A program made the translations under genes and the position numbers. From assembly GCA_025352125.1 (NCBI GenBank), contig JANXTZ010000081.1, positions 34,297 through 98,296 on the forward strand: a DNA stretch of 64,000 nucleotides, read 5' to 3'. This document shows, one piece after another, positions 47,383-57,823 of this stretch. The stretch comes from Deinococcales bacterium. Lineage in GTDB: Bacteria > Deinococcota > Deinococci > Deinococcales > JAAFIG01. Position 1 is the stretch's first letter. Every line of letters starts with the position of its first letter. A model generated the notes under the pieces. That model did no database searches and was not told where the DNA came from. It was given only the letters and a program-made list of their open reading frames with translations.

Positions 47383-47934
47383 ATGTCATTTCAAGCGTAT
47401 TTGGACACTGTGAAAGCCAAAACGGGCAAAACCCCCAGTGATTTCGCCAAACTTGCCAGCGATAAAGGACTGACCAAACACGGTGAGCTGGTCGCGTGGC
47501 TCAAAAGCGAGTTTGAACTCGGGCATGGTCACGCCAACGCCATCGTGAATGTGCTCTTAAAATCCGAATCTCGAGCCGCCAACCCCGACGAAAAACTCGA
47601 GAAGCTGTTCTCGGGCAAGAAAGCGGTCTGGCTCGAGCCTGTGAAAGGATTGATCTCGAGGATTGGGGAATTTGGCACGGGCATTGAAGCCCTTCCCAAC
47701 GAAACTTACGTCAATATTTTGGTCGGTAAGAAAAAAATGGCAATTGTCCAACCCGCCAGCACGGAGCGGCTTGATATCGGCATCAAAATCAAAGGTGTAA
47801 CGCCAGAAGGTCGGCTCGAGGCAGCAGGCAGTTGGAACAACATGGTCACGCACCGCGTGCGCATTGCTGACGCCAAAGAAATTGATGCCCAACTTCTAGG
47901 TTGGCTCGAGCAAGCTTACAATCTTGCAAAATAA
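47383..47934 (+). CDS. DUF4287/DUF5655-type protein
   Basis: AAGGAG ribosome-binding site. The N-terminus MSFQAYLDTVKAKTGKTPSDFAKLA...GHGHANAIV is typical of DUF4287. Confidence 0.6.
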   Translation: MSFQAYLDTVKAKTGKTPSDFAKLASDKGLTKHGELVAWLKSEFELGHGHANAIVNVLLKSESRAANPDEKLEKLFSGKKAVWLEPVKGLISRIGEFGTGIEALPNETYVNILVGKKKMAIVQPASTERLDIGIKIKGVTPEGRLEAAGSWNNMVTHRVRIADAKEIDAQLLGWLEQAYNLAK

Positions 47935-48062
47935 CCAGGCTCGAGTATCCTAAAAGTTGTAGGATGCGCCGTGCACACTAAAGTGCGTGACAGACGGTGC
48001 GCACGGCACACCCCACTCAATTTCACTTTCTGAAATCCAATACCGAATCTCGAGTCACAGCA

Positions 48063-48818
48063 TTAACGGTTCAAATTCTCAAAGCGGTAAATGTTACTTG
48101 GTTGCCAGGGAATCACTTCACGCAGCACAGGCACGGCGTTGGTCTGTGAAATCAAGCTCGAGAAGGCAATGTCTTCATGAAGATTGAGTTTTTGCAGCAA
48201 TTGCCCTGGTGCGCTCAAAACCAGTGCCTCTTGCGGGTCTGGGAAGGCGCGAAGCAAATGCACTGCCAGTTGTGAGGCGTGTTGATGCTCGAGCTTGCCA
48301 ATGTTTTTGGCATTAAAATTGCGTTCGATGCGTTTTGCCAAGAAACCAGCCGTAAGCGTGTCGTCCAGTCCCTCGAGTCCCTCTTGACCCGCGCAGACAA
48401 TCGCAATTTCTTCGAGGTTATTTTGCAGGGCTATCTCGAGCGCGGCGTCTGAAACGGCTTGGGCGTTGTAAAACGAACCGAACAAGACCGTGTGGGCGCT
48501 GGCGACGATTGGCAGGGTTTTGGGTCCATTTTGGGTGGTCATGACGGCGGTTTTGTCAGTAAAATCAAATTTTGCCAGGTCGGCGGGGCTGGCACCGTAA
48601 TTGAAACCCTCGGGTGGCAAACCGTCGCGTTCGCCGAGCAGCAAGTGGTTGCCCTGGGCGGCATATTCTCTGGCGGCACGCAGGCTGGCGGTGATGAACA
48701 GTTCCCTCAAGCCTTTTTCGAACAACAACGGCGTGGTGGTCGTGGCACGCAAGACATCGACAACAATCACAACGCCTTGGTATGGACCTCGTGGAATTAA
48801 ATCTACTTTCAGGTGCAT
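48063..48818 (-). CDS. 2-phosphosulfolactate phosphatase (ComB) family protein
   Basis: Motif VVIVVDVLRATTT. The start is taken at MHLKVDLIP; the ORF extends to 48905. Confidence 0.75.
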   Translation of the reverse strand: MHLKVDLIPRGPYQGVVIVVDVLRATTTTPLLFEKGLRELFITASLRAAREYAAQGNHLLLGERDGLPPEGFNYGASPADLAKFDFTDKTAVMTTQNGPKTLPIVASAHTVLFGSFYNAQAVSDAALEIALQNNLEEIAIVCAGQEGLEGLDDTLTAGFLAKRIERNFNAKNIGKLEHQHASQLAVHLLRAFPDPQEALVLSAPGQLLQKLNLHEDIAFSSLISQTNAVPVLREVIPWQPSNIYRFENLNR

Positions 48819-49056
48819 CTTGTTCCTTAAATCTCGAGGAGGATGGTTGGGTGTGGGTTGGTGGAAATAAGCGGTCATCAATTTAATCTCTAAGGGTGAA
48901 GTCAACTGTGCGAAAGTCTAGCATGACTTTGATACCAAAAAATAATCGTTGCGTTGTCAGGTTCACAGTTTTGAGGGTTTCGTTACGGAACCCGAGTTTG
49001 ACATAGTAGTGCTGGAAACGCTGTGATTGGGCTTTAAACCGTAGAATCTCGCCATC

Positions 49057-50640
49057 ATGTCCAAGCCGACGTTCATCAATCCTGTCCAAGCCGTGCCAAA
49101 GTCTTGGCTTGACGCGTTTCAACATGGGACATTGAAAGACTTTCACCGCCTGTCGGCAGACGACACCAGCGCAGCCCTGGCAACCGAAAGCAATGTTGAC
49201 CGCATTGATCTCGAGCGATGTATCGGGATGTATTTGAAACGTTTGAATGCACCAAAAGCGAGCCTGAGTAACGCCAAACGGATCGCGCATCCAAACTCGA
49301 GGGTGGTCATGACGGGGCAGCAGGCGGGGTTGCTGCTTGGTTCTGCCTACACGATTTCCAAAGCCGTCAATGCCATTTTGCTGGCAAGGGAACTTGATAC
49401 CCAAGACCGTCCCGTGATTCCAGTGTTTTGGGTGGCAAGTCAAGACCATGATGTCAATGAGGTTGCCAGCACGCACTTTCTCGGTTTGGACGAGGCATTG
49501 TACAGCCTCAAGTTGGATTTGCCGCAAAACCAGGCAATCGCTCGGATCAAACTTCGAGACGAATGGTTGACTCAAACCTTAAGTTTTTTGAACCAGATTC
49601 CAGCGACGCCCGAGTTTAAAACTTGGATTGCCAATGAGGTCAAAGCCGCGTTTGAAACCTCGAGCAACTTCGCGGATTGGTTTGCGGGGATTCTATTGCG
49701 CCTGCTGGGCGATCAGGGTTTGGTACTGTTTGACCCGATGGATGCGAATCTCGCACCGCTTTTTAAGGCGCAAATCAAGCATGAACTGTCCGCGCCGCTC
49801 GCCTCGAGTGTCGCCATCGAAACCGCCGCCAAAAAGCTCGAGCGCCTTGGGTTTAACCCGCAACTGCGTCGCGCGGAAGGTTCAACCAACTTGTTTCTCG
49901 AGGGCGACGACGGTCTGCGAAGGTTACTTAAATTTGATGGCGCTGGCTTCACGGCAGACCGCCATTATTCGTATGGCGACCTCGAAGCCATTCTCGAGCA
50001 AGACCCAGCCCGCATCACACCCGCCGCAGGACTGCGCCCGATCTTGCAAGACGCGGTGCTGCCAAACGCGATCAACGTGCTTGGACCTGGCGAACTGGCG
50101 TACCACCTCGAGTTGAACGGCGTCTACGAACTTCACGGCATCAAACAACCCTTGCTGCATCCACGCATGGGCATCACGATGCTCGAGCCGCCAATCAAAC
50201 GCATCCTGGCAAAGTACAGTTTGAGCGCCGCCGAGTACCAAAAAAATGGGACTGAGGTCTTAAAGCAAAAACTGTTTGCCCAAACCAGTGCCAATATGAG
50301 CATCCAGACCGAAATGGCGAACATCATGGCGTCGTTTGAGCGAATGGAAGCCGAGTTGCTGGCGTTTGAACCAGCGTTTGCCAAAAACGTCTGGCGCTCC
50401 AAAGCCACCGTGCGTTTTCAAATCGAGAACAACCTGCCTCGCAAACTGGCAGCCGCTTACGCGAGGGTTGATACAGACGTGCAAAATCAGTTTTTGCGAC
50501 TCGAGAAACACTTGATGCCCAACCAGCAACCCCAAGAACGCTATATCAGTTTCTTGTCGCACCTGGTCAAATTTGGACCCGTTTTGCTCGAGCGAATTCT
50601 AAAACTTTCGGCTCGCGGGGCGCACTGGCTCGAGGTTTAA
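49057..50640 (+). CDS. bshC: bacillithiol biosynthesis cysteine-adding enzyme BshC
   Basis: About 530 aa with the BshC hallmark TGQQAGLLLGSAYTISKAVNAILLAREL. Confidence 0.8.
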   Translation: MSKPTFINPVQAVPKSWLDAFQHGTLKDFHRLSADDTSAALATESNVDRIDLERCIGMYLKRLNAPKASLSNAKRIAHPNSRVVMTGQQAGLLLGSAYTISKAVNAILLARELDTQDRPVIPVFWVASQDHDVNEVASTHFLGLDEALYSLKLDLPQNQAIARIKLRDEWLTQTLSFLNQIPATPEFKTWIANEVKAAFETSSNFADWFAGILLRLLGDQGLVLFDPMDANLAPLFKAQIKHELSAPLASSVAIETAAKKLERLGFNPQLRRAEGSTNLFLEGDDGLRRLLKFDGAGFTADRHYSYGDLEAILEQDPARITPAAGLRPILQDAVLPNAINVLGPGELAYHLELNGVYELHGIKQPLLHPRMGITMLEPPIKRILAKYSLSAAEYQKNGTEVLKQKLFAQTSANMSIQTEMANIMASFERMEAELLAFEPAFAKNVWRSKATVRFQIENNLPRKLAAAYARVDTDVQNQFLRLEKHLMPNQQPQERYISFLSHLVKFGPVLLERILKLSARGAHWLEV

Positions 50641-50700
50641 GCGCGAATCGAGTTTGTTTTTTGAATTTACCGCTATCCTTGAGGCATTCAAGGAGGCAAT

Positions 50701-52317
50701 ATGAAACACCGGTTGCTGATTTTAACGGCGCTGATTTTAACGGCGCTGATTCTGGGCGTTGCCGTTGCGCAAAATTTGAGTGGGACTTGGGTTGCAAAGC
50801 TGCAAAACGGCTCAATACTGACGCTGGTCTTGCAAGAAATGGACGGGCAAATTCAGGGAACACTGACGGGAAACGGCGTGACCTTGCAACTCGAGGGGGA
50901 TTCAAACGGGGTCAGCGCCGAGGGGACAATCTCGAGCCAGACCGAACAAGCCGTGTTTCAATTGACCTTACTCAGCAACACTTTGACCTTGGTGATTTCC
51001 GAGATTGACCCGAACACGGGTGAAGCCAACCAAAGTACCGCCCAGACCTTTTTATTTAGCCGCAATTCCAGCTCGAGCAACCAAACTCCAGGCAAGCCTA
51101 CCCCAAACAACACCGTTGTCCCCAACCCAAACCTGCCAGACCCACTGCTCGGACGGTTTGTTGGAAAGGACATGACGCTCGAGGTGCTGGGTGGCAATGG
51201 CAGTTACAAGGGCGCGATCACGCTTGCCAAACAAAAATACGCCATGACAGGACAGGGCGGCAATGGCGTTTTGCGTGGGCAATTTGTGGCAAAAGGCAGC
51301 ACGTTTTTGTTCGAGGCTCGAGTCAAGCAAAACAACATGACCGTGTTGTTGAACGGCAAAACGTATGCGCTGAGCCGTCAGGCTGTCCAAAATCCCAACG
51401 CGAGCACCAAACCAGGCGTCAGCACGCCAGCACCAAGCACCCCAAGCTCGAGCTTACCTGAATCCAGCAAAGCTGAACTGCGCGAACAAGCCCAGTACAA
51501 AGCCGGAACGCGGGTCAACTCGAGCCAGCACGGGGTGTCGTTTGTCGTGCCGCAAGGTTTTAAGGGGGCGACCACCCAAGGCATCACGGTGCTGGGCAAC
51601 GGACGCACCGATGCGAGCGGAATTAACATTTTGATTTTTCCATTTGTTGGCGCAAACCTTGAGGACGTTTACGCCTTGATGTCAAAACCGATTGATTACG
51701 GACAACTCAGCTTCAGCCCGACGGACAGCGGAAGTGGCAATGCCAACCGCGTGATGTTTCATTACTCGAGCAACGCGTCCAACGCCGTGGGCGTGTCGGT
51801 GCTGGGAAAAGGCAATGGCTTGAGTTTTCAAGTGATCGGGTTTGCCAGCAACGCAGCCCTCGAGCCATTGGCAATGGCGAACGCCAGCAAATTCTCGGGT
51901 GCCAGTCTGAACAACACGCTTCAAACCATTCGGGCGGGATTCTCGGGCAAGTATTTGTTTGCCTATTTATACAGCGGCACAACAAGCAACACCGGCAGTT
52001 TCTCGAGCGAATCCAAACGCCAATGGGATTTGTGCGGCAACGGGCGTTACTTTTTTGAGGGCAAGAGCGAAAGTGCTTTCAATGTGCAATTGCCAAACGG
52101 TGGCGACACGACGGGTTCGGCGGGCGGCGCAAGCCAAAATCAGGATGGCTCGAATGGACGTTGGGAAATCTTGATTGTGGGGAACGGCGTGGCATTGATT
52201 CTATTCAAGGACGACCAGACTGTGGAACTTCATTTGTTAAGCAATTTAGACCGCAAAATACCGTTTTTGAATGGCAAGGAGCTTGGAAGTTTTGGCGCAA
52301 GCAACAAATGCCGCTAG
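50701..52317 (+). CDS. secreted hypothetical protein (538 aa)
   Basis: AAGGAGG ribosome-binding site, a signal peptide carrying an internal LILTA duplication, and low-complexity S/N/P linkers. No domain recognised. Confidence 0.6.
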   Translation: MKHRLLILTALILTALILGVAVAQNLSGTWVAKLQNGSILTLVLQEMDGQIQGTLTGNGVTLQLEGDSNGVSAEGTISSQTEQAVFQLTLLSNTLTLVISEIDPNTGEANQSTAQTFLFSRNSSSSNQTPGKPTPNNTVVPNPNLPDPLLGRFVGKDMTLEVLGGNGSYKGAITLAKQKYAMTGQGGNGVLRGQFVAKGSTFLFEARVKQNNMTVLLNGKTYALSRQAVQNPNASTKPGVSTPAPSTPSSSLPESSKAELREQAQYKAGTRVNSSQHGVSFVVPQGFKGATTQGITVLGNGRTDASGINILIFPFVGANLEDVYALMSKPIDYGQLSFSPTDSGSGNANRVMFHYSSNASNAVGVSVLGKGNGLSFQVIGFASNAALEPLAMANASKFSGASLNNTLQTIRAGFSGKYLFAYLYSGTTSNTGSFSSESKRQWDLCGNGRYFFEGKSESAFNVQLPNGGDTTGSAGGASQNQDGSNGRWEILIVGNGVALILFKDDQTVELHLLSNLDRKIPFLNGKELGSFGASNKCR

Positions 52318-52474
52318 ACACATCAAAGCTCGAGTTTCATGATCCTCATGATATGCGTCAGAATTCTGTCAGAGTTGCTGTCCTAAACTAAAGCAGTTCG
52401 GGGTCACTCTGCCTCGAATAAGGACTCAACTGTGACTCAAGGATTTCAAACCCAACGGAACAGCGGACGCGCCG

Positions 52475-54199
52475 ATGCTTGAAAACACGCTCCTTTTTGG
52501 CGTGATCGCCTTGATTCTGGCGTTGTTGCTCTCGAGCTTGCTGGCACATTCCAGGGCATCAACCCGTAAACAAGTGATCGACGCCACGCAAGCCGCCAAG
52601 GCGCTCTCGGACTTTAACCGTGCCCTCATCCACGAAACCAGCCTGCCGGTGGTGCTGGACCGAATCACCAGCGCCTTGACTGGAAATTTGGGTTTCAATA
52701 AAGCCAGAATGCACCTGCTTGACGGTGTTTCACGCGAGATGCGAGCGCCATCGGGCGAAACCTCGAGCGACCCAGAACGAATTGCTTTGATGCGTGAGGC
52801 ATTGTTTGCCCCGCCGGAGGGCATGGAAGTCCCGGGCGTGATCGTGCTGCCAATTCTTGCCGCCACCAAGGCAGGCTCGAACGCACGCTGCTGGCTCGAG
52901 CCAGAGAGCAAATGTAAGCTGACCCCAAAAATAACCAAGTCTGAGCGCTTCAACACCTGCCTCTCCTGCGAGCATTTTGCCGCATTCGGCGTGCTCGAAC
53001 TCGAGTATCAAGGCAAACGTCACGACATCGCCAGCCTGACCGATTACGTCCGCGCCAGCTCACTCGCCGTCTCGAACACCCGCATGTACCAGAGCGAACA
53101 GCAAGCCCGTCAACTTGCCGAACAACGCCTGGAGCGCGAACTCAAATTAAAATCCGAAAACACCCAACTGCTCGAATCGCTCGAGGGTGAACGCGCCAGG
53201 TTGGACGCGACCATCGAACACCTGTCGGAGGGCATCGTGCTCCTGGAAGACGACCAAGCCCAAGCCAACGCGGTGGCTCGAGCCTGGCTGGGACTGCCCA
53301 AAGATTTCAGGGTGCAAGATTTGCCGACCCAGTTACGCGCCACCCTCGCGCCCGGGCATTCGGATTTGGTCATCAACAACACGCACCTGCAAGTGATTAT
53401 CAGCCGTCAAGAAAACCGTACCGTCCTGGTCTTGCGCGACCTGGAACGCTTCGGCGCAATCGAGCGCACCAAAGCCGAGCTGCTCAGCCGCGTCTCACAC
53501 GAACTGAAAACCCCGCTGACCAGCATTCAGGGATTCACCAGTTTGCTGATTTCAGGCGGCGCGGGGGAGCTGACCGACGACCAGTACGAGTTTTTGACCA
53601 CCACCTACAATGCCAGCAAAAACCTCGAGCAGACCGTGCAAAACCTGATGGACGCCTCCAAACTCGAGGCAGGACTGTTCGAGATCAACTGCAAACCAAC
53701 CCGCCCCAACTTTGAAGCCATGCTCGAGCGCTTTGTGCAACGCGCCGACGAACAGGGCATTTTCATGGACGTTCATCTGGTGACCTTGCCGGTCGTGAAT
53801 GTGGACGCCATGCGCCTCGAGTTGGTGCTGGCAAACCTGCTCTCGAATGCTTTACGATTCACCAGCAAGGGTGGCCGCATTGGCGTCACCACCAGCCTTG
53901 AAGCCGGAAACCTGCAAGTCAGCGTGACCGACAACGGTATTGGCATGAGCGATTACCAACTGGCGCACCTGTTTGAACGCACCAGTTCGGGTTTGCAAAC
54001 CGTTGAGAATGGTCACAACCTCGAAGGCATTGGACTGTCATTGTACGTCAGCAAAGCCATCATCAACGCCCACGGGGGCGAAATCACGGCAAGCAGTCAA
54101 CCAGGCATTCAAACCCAGTTGCAATTTCGCGTGCCGCTCGAGCAACCATTTGAGTTGACACTGGCGCGTGAAGACAAAACACCGACCTTGGTGGGCTAA
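52475..54199 (+). CDS. sensor histidine kinase
   Basis: N-terminal TM segment, GAF/PAS-like middle region, H-box SRVSHELKTPLTSI, and HATPase N/G boxes (LSNALRFT, DNGIGM, GIGLSL). Confidence 0.9.
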   Translation: MLENTLLFGVIALILALLLSSLLAHSRASTRKQVIDATQAAKALSDFNRALIHETSLPVVLDRITSALTGNLGFNKARMHLLDGVSREMRAPSGETSSDPERIALMREALFAPPEGMEVPGVIVLPILAATKAGSNARCWLEPESKCKLTPKITKSERFNTCLSCEHFAAFGVLELEYQGKRHDIASLTDYVRASSLAVSNTRMYQSEQQARQLAEQRLERELKLKSENTQLLESLEGERARLDATIEHLSEGIVLLEDDQAQANAVARAWLGLPKDFRVQDLPTQLRATLAPGHSDLVINNTHLQVIISRQENRTVLVLRDLERFGAIERTKAELLSRVSHELKTPLTSIQGFTSLLISGGAGELTDDQYEFLTTTYNASKNLEQTVQNLMDASKLEAGLFEINCKPTRPNFEAMLERFVQRADEQGIFMDVHLVTLPVVNVDAMRLELVLANLLSNALRFTSKGGRIGVTTSLEAGNLQVSVTDNGIGMSDYQLAHLFERTSSGLQTVENGHNLEGIGLSLYVSKAIINAHGGEITASSQPGIQTQLQFRVPLEQPFELTLAREDKTPTLVG

Positions 54200-54243
54200 G
54201 GGTTGGTGCACCAAAAAATCAAATTTAGGGCTTCTGGCAATTC

Positions 54244-54468
54244 TTACTTGGTAATGACCTCTTTGATAATTCTTGGACGTGCCTGACGCATTCCCAGGAA
54301 AAATCCCAGGATCAAACCCAGCAGCAACGGAATGCCAATCAAAATACCAAAATTCATGACAAACGACGGGTAATTGAAAAACGACACCACCGCCGTACTC
54401 TGCGAGAGCACCAACACCACGGCGACCAGAACCACAAGACCAATTAAAATCCAGCGAAAGTTTCCCAT
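54244..54468 (-). CDS. LapA/DUF1049-like small membrane protein
   Basis: 74 aa with two TM helices, of LapA-domain size and topology. Confidence 0.55.
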   Translation of the reverse strand: MGNFRWILIGLVVLVAVVLVLSQSTAVVSFFNYPSFVMNFGILIGIPLLLGLILGFFLGMRQARPRIIKEVITK

Positions 54469-54554
54469 AATCCCAGTATACGCGGTCTGGGTTGCTCGAG
54501 TTCCCAGCGAAACTCACAATAAGCAAGAGTCGGCAGTTGAACTGGCTTGAGACA

Positions 54555-55196
54555 TTACTTCAACAGGTTTGTGTACGCAAAATCGAGCACCAGACCCAAA
54601 AACTGCCCAACGGGTTGCTGCAACAAGATCAGTACAAAAAACGCCAGATAACCGCTTCGGGGCAAGAAATGCCGCAAGCTTGCACCCATTGACCCAGGAA
54701 TGATTGCCGCCAGAAAGTGCGCCCCGTCGAGCGGTGGAATCGGCAAGAGGTTAAAGACCGCCAGAATCACATTTAAGCGAAACAAGGTCAGCAAGGCATC
54801 AACAATCCAGGCGGGCGCATTGCCACCAATCAAACTGTTCCCGACCACATGAACATCCGACAGACGCAATGCCAGCGTGGCAACCAGCACCAACGTCAAA
54901 TTCATCAAAATTCCGGCGCTCGAGACGAGGGCTTCACCGAGCAAGCCGTGACGGTACAATTCTGGGCGGGTGCGCACCTGTCCCAGAAAGCCAAACCCGA
55001 TCAACAAGAACATGATAAAACCGATCCAGTTGAGGTAATACAGGGGATTCCAAACGAATTTTCCGTTTTTGGTCGGGGTCAAATCGCCCTCAAAAATCGC
55101 GGCGAGCGCATGACCGTATTCATGAACGGTGACTGAAACCAGCAAGACCAGAAAATAGCTGAACGCCTCGAGCGGCGGCAAACCTTGCAAACCCAT
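54555..55196 (-). CDS. site-2 protease (peptidase M50) family protein
   Basis: HExxH motif (VHEYGHALAA) plus the second metal-ligand motif NLLPIPPLDG. Confidence 0.85.
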   Translation of the reverse strand: MGLQGLPPLEAFSYFLVLLVSVTVHEYGHALAAIFEGDLTPTKNGKFVWNPLYYLNWIGFIMFLLIGFGFLGQVRTRPELYRHGLLGEALVSSAGILMNLTLVLVATLALRLSDVHVVGNSLIGGNAPAWIVDALLTLFRLNVILAVFNLLPIPPLDGAHFLAAIIPGSMGASLRHFLPRSGYLAFFVLILLQQPVGQFLGLVLDFAYTNLLK

Positions 55197-55858
55197 TACA
55201 TCAAACCAATGGCTTGCAAGACCGCCACAATCAGCGAAATGATCGCGCCCGAAATGGCTCGGGTAATGCCCAAGTACGAGAGCACCAGAAAAATAATCAT
55301 AAAACCAAAGGGCGTGCTGTTGGTAAATTGTTCGATTTGATCCATCACACGGTTGATTTCACGGTTTCCAAAAGCCCGTACCACCCGAGCGCCGTCCAGG
55401 GGCGGCACTGGGAAGATAAACAAGGCTGCCAAACTGATCACGTTGCCCGCGCCAGAAAAGAAACCAGAAGCAATCGCCTGGCTGCTTTCACCCACGAACT
55501 TATTGAGCAACGCCCCGACCAGAATCAAGACAAAAGCCCAGACCACCAAACTGAACGGACCGAGCAACCAGATCAACACCTCCGAACTCGAGCGACCGCG
55601 AAGGTTGTACGACTTTAAAGGAATGGTGTTTGGAATGGCGAAACCAAAAATCGCCAGCCAGATCAAATAAATGGGGTTGAGGTGCGCCCTGGGTTCCGTG
55701 CTGGTAAAGCCCTGATTTTTGGCGGTATCATCGCCCAAACTCGAGGCGACCAGGGCTTGTACGACGTTGTGAAGCACCAGACCAAACGCCATTGCCGCGA
55801 GCGCCATCAGGTAGGTTAATGGACTGGTGAACAGTTCTTGAATGAAAATGGAAAACAT
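55196..55858 (-). CDS. M50-like paralog with degenerate active site
   Basis: Same architecture and the FPVPPLDG motif, but HExxH is replaced by LHNVVQALVA. Its stop overlaps the downstream start (TAATG). Confidence 0.75.
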   Translation of the reverse strand: MFSIFIQELFTSPLTYLMALAAMAFGLVLHNVVQALVASSLGDDTAKNQGFTSTEPRAHLNPIYLIWLAIFGFAIPNTIPLKSYNLRGRSSSEVLIWLLGPFSLVVWAFVLILVGALLNKFVGESSQAIASGFFSGAGNVISLAALFIFPVPPLDGARVVRAFGNREINRVMDQIEQFTNSTPFGFMIIFLVLSYLGITRAISGAIISLIVAVLQAIGLM

Positions 55859-55938
55859 GTGTCAGTTTACGATGCAAACGCCCAAGAAAAGGAGAGCTAC
55901 CCCCTTTTGCGGGCAGCCCTCAGCTCGAGATGAACAAA

Positions 55939-57699
55939 TTACGGCACGGGCAAGAAAGTTGGCGCAATACCAATTCGCACACTGGGCAGGCGTTGAAGCA
56001 CAATTTTTGGGTCGTTGGGCACATCGGCATCCGAACCAATCAGCACGAGTTGAGCGGGCTGAAGGGCAGTGCCAAGGCTTGTGGCTCGAGTAAGCGCCGC
56101 CGTGGTGGTCTCATTGAGTCCTCGAGCAAATTGCAGGGTGGGGTCTTGCGTGACCAGAAAGTTGAGGCTGAAACGGTACGGTTTTGGACAACCAGCCGGA
56201 TTTGGGCAGCTTGGGTTGGTGGCAAACGGGAATGTCCGTGGAAGTTTTGTACCGATGGTGACGTAGGTTTTGCCAGAGGCAGGCAAGACCCGGGTTTTGT
56301 TGATGTCTTTGGCGACAAACCCGTAATCGAGCACGCTGTCATTTGCGCCCAGGACGCCTGCGGTTCTGGCATTTTGTTCCAGGGTACCGTCGTACAAGCC
56401 CGAGTAGGCTTGAAAATCGCTGGCAATTGGGTCGGGTTGTGGCGAACTGATCAATTTTGTGCCGTGGATGGGCAGCAAGCTTTGTAAAACACCAGTGTTG
56501 GTGATTGCCAGGCTGTTAAAGTCAAACATGCTGTTCACGCCCATGCCGCTGGCGTTGGTTTGCTGATTGACGGCGCGAAGGGTCAGATTGGAAAAATTAT
56601 TCGTGTTACTCAAATTACTGACTTCAAATGTCATGGTCAAGTAGCGAAAACCGCCGCCAATGTCATCAATGTCCGAATACGACAAGGGTTTGAAGGCAAA
56701 GGTGTTGCTCGAGTCGTTGGTCGTTGCGGTTTTGGTCGTGTTCCACTCGAGGTTGACCGACCCCAGAACGCTGGGAATGGCGCTTGGAATGCTGGTCAGG
56801 TACGAAAGCGGCGCGGAACTGCCGCCGGTCACCCGAGCGCCAACCAAGTTGATTCGGTTGGCGGCAACCAAGGTCGAATTGGGAAATGCTCGGACGTTCG
56901 CAGTGCCTATGGCTGTGGCTCGAGCCAGGGCGGCACTGCCATTGATGGGTTCTTCGAGGCTTTGCACCACCTGAGTGTTGTCATTTTGCGCGACAATAAA
57001 AGTCATGACAAACCGAGTGCCCGAACTGACATCGGCGGACGCTGGCAGGCGCATACTGAGCGCGACTTGACCCGTTGCGCCATTGGCGATGGTGCGGTTG
57101 TGGCTGACGGCGCTTGCCCTGGCGACAAAACCGTACTCGAGGCTGTACTCGCCAGCACCGATGAGGCTGGCGCTCAAGGCGCTGCTGGTGAAGGCAACGC
57201 TTTCGGCAGGTGTATACACTTGCAAATCCGAGTGAAATTCGCTGACCAGATCGCTGCCGTTTGTGCCTTGGGCAGGTTTGACACTGTTGACATCGCTATT
57301 GCTGGGCATACCGCCAAAGGTGTTGATGCTTTTTAAAGCGCTGGCATTGACATTGCCCGTTTTGGCATACGCCACGAGGCTGAGGTTGGTCAGGCTAGCT
57401 CCAGAATTGTTGGTGATGTTGTAGACCGCCGTCAGGGTGCGTTGCGTCGGGCTGACCCCGAGGTCATCGAGCACCACAAAACTTTTGGGCGTGGCGCTGA
57501 TGCTCGAGTCCGGTTTTGGCGTCAAGGTTCTGGTGGTTGGAAAAAACCGTGCGGTGTTGCGCGATAAATCAGTGCCGAAATTGACCTCGAGCGTGCCAAG
57601 AAATCTGGGGGCTGCGAACGGCGCGGGGGTGGTGTTGCAAGCCACCAACAGGGTCGTTGAACTCAGGGTGGTCAGCAAGATTCGGCTCGTGTGATTCAC
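55939..57699 (-). CDS. large T/S/N/A-rich surface lipoprotein, function unknown
   Basis: Lipobox LLVAC after an N-terminal hydrophobic segment. Beta-rich, low-charge composition. Confidence 0.6.
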   Translation of the reverse strand: MNHTSRILLTTLSSTTLLVACNTTPAPFAAPRFLGTLEVNFGTDLSRNTARFFPTTRTLTPKPDSSISATPKSFVVLDDLGVSPTQRTLTAVYNITNNSGASLTNLSLVAYAKTGNVNASALKSINTFGGMPSNSDVNSVKPAQGTNGSDLVSEFHSDLQVYTPAESVAFTSSALSASLIGAGEYSLEYGFVARASAVSHNRTIANGATGQVALSMRLPASADVSSGTRFVMTFIVAQNDNTQVVQSLEEPINGSAALARATAIGTANVRAFPNSTLVAANRINLVGARVTGGSSAPLSYLTSIPSAIPSVLGSVNLEWNTTKTATTNDSSNTFAFKPLSYSDIDDIGGGFRYLTMTFEVSNLSNTNNFSNLTLRAVNQQTNASGMGVNSMFDFNSLAITNTGVLQSLLPIHGTKLISSPQPDPIASDFQAYSGLYDGTLEQNARTAGVLGANDSVLDYGFVAKDINKTRVLPASGKTYVTIGTKLPRTFPFATNPSCPNPAGCPKPYRFSLNFLVTQDPTLQFARGLNETTTAALTRATSLGTALQPAQLVLIGSDADVPNDPKIVLQRLPSVRIGIAPTFLPVP

Positions 57700-57823
57700 A
57701 TTTTGAAGTTTAGCACGCGAGTTCCAGAATTAGACCACAAATTATTAAAGTATTATTTGCCCAAGGCGTTTCAAGCAAACTCGAGCGACACAAAGATTCT
57801 CGCCAAACCCACTCGAGGATTTA

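Noticed and set aside
47960-48015. Hairpin downstream of gene 47383-47934 as a terminator
   Set aside because: It has only a 7-bp stem (gccgtgc/gcacggc), a loop of about 30 nt and no T-tract.
48883-49575. 230-aa ORF on the minus strand
   Set aside because: It overlaps the 5' third of bshC, which has the TGQQAGL hallmark, and has no recognisable motif. It is a shadow ORF.
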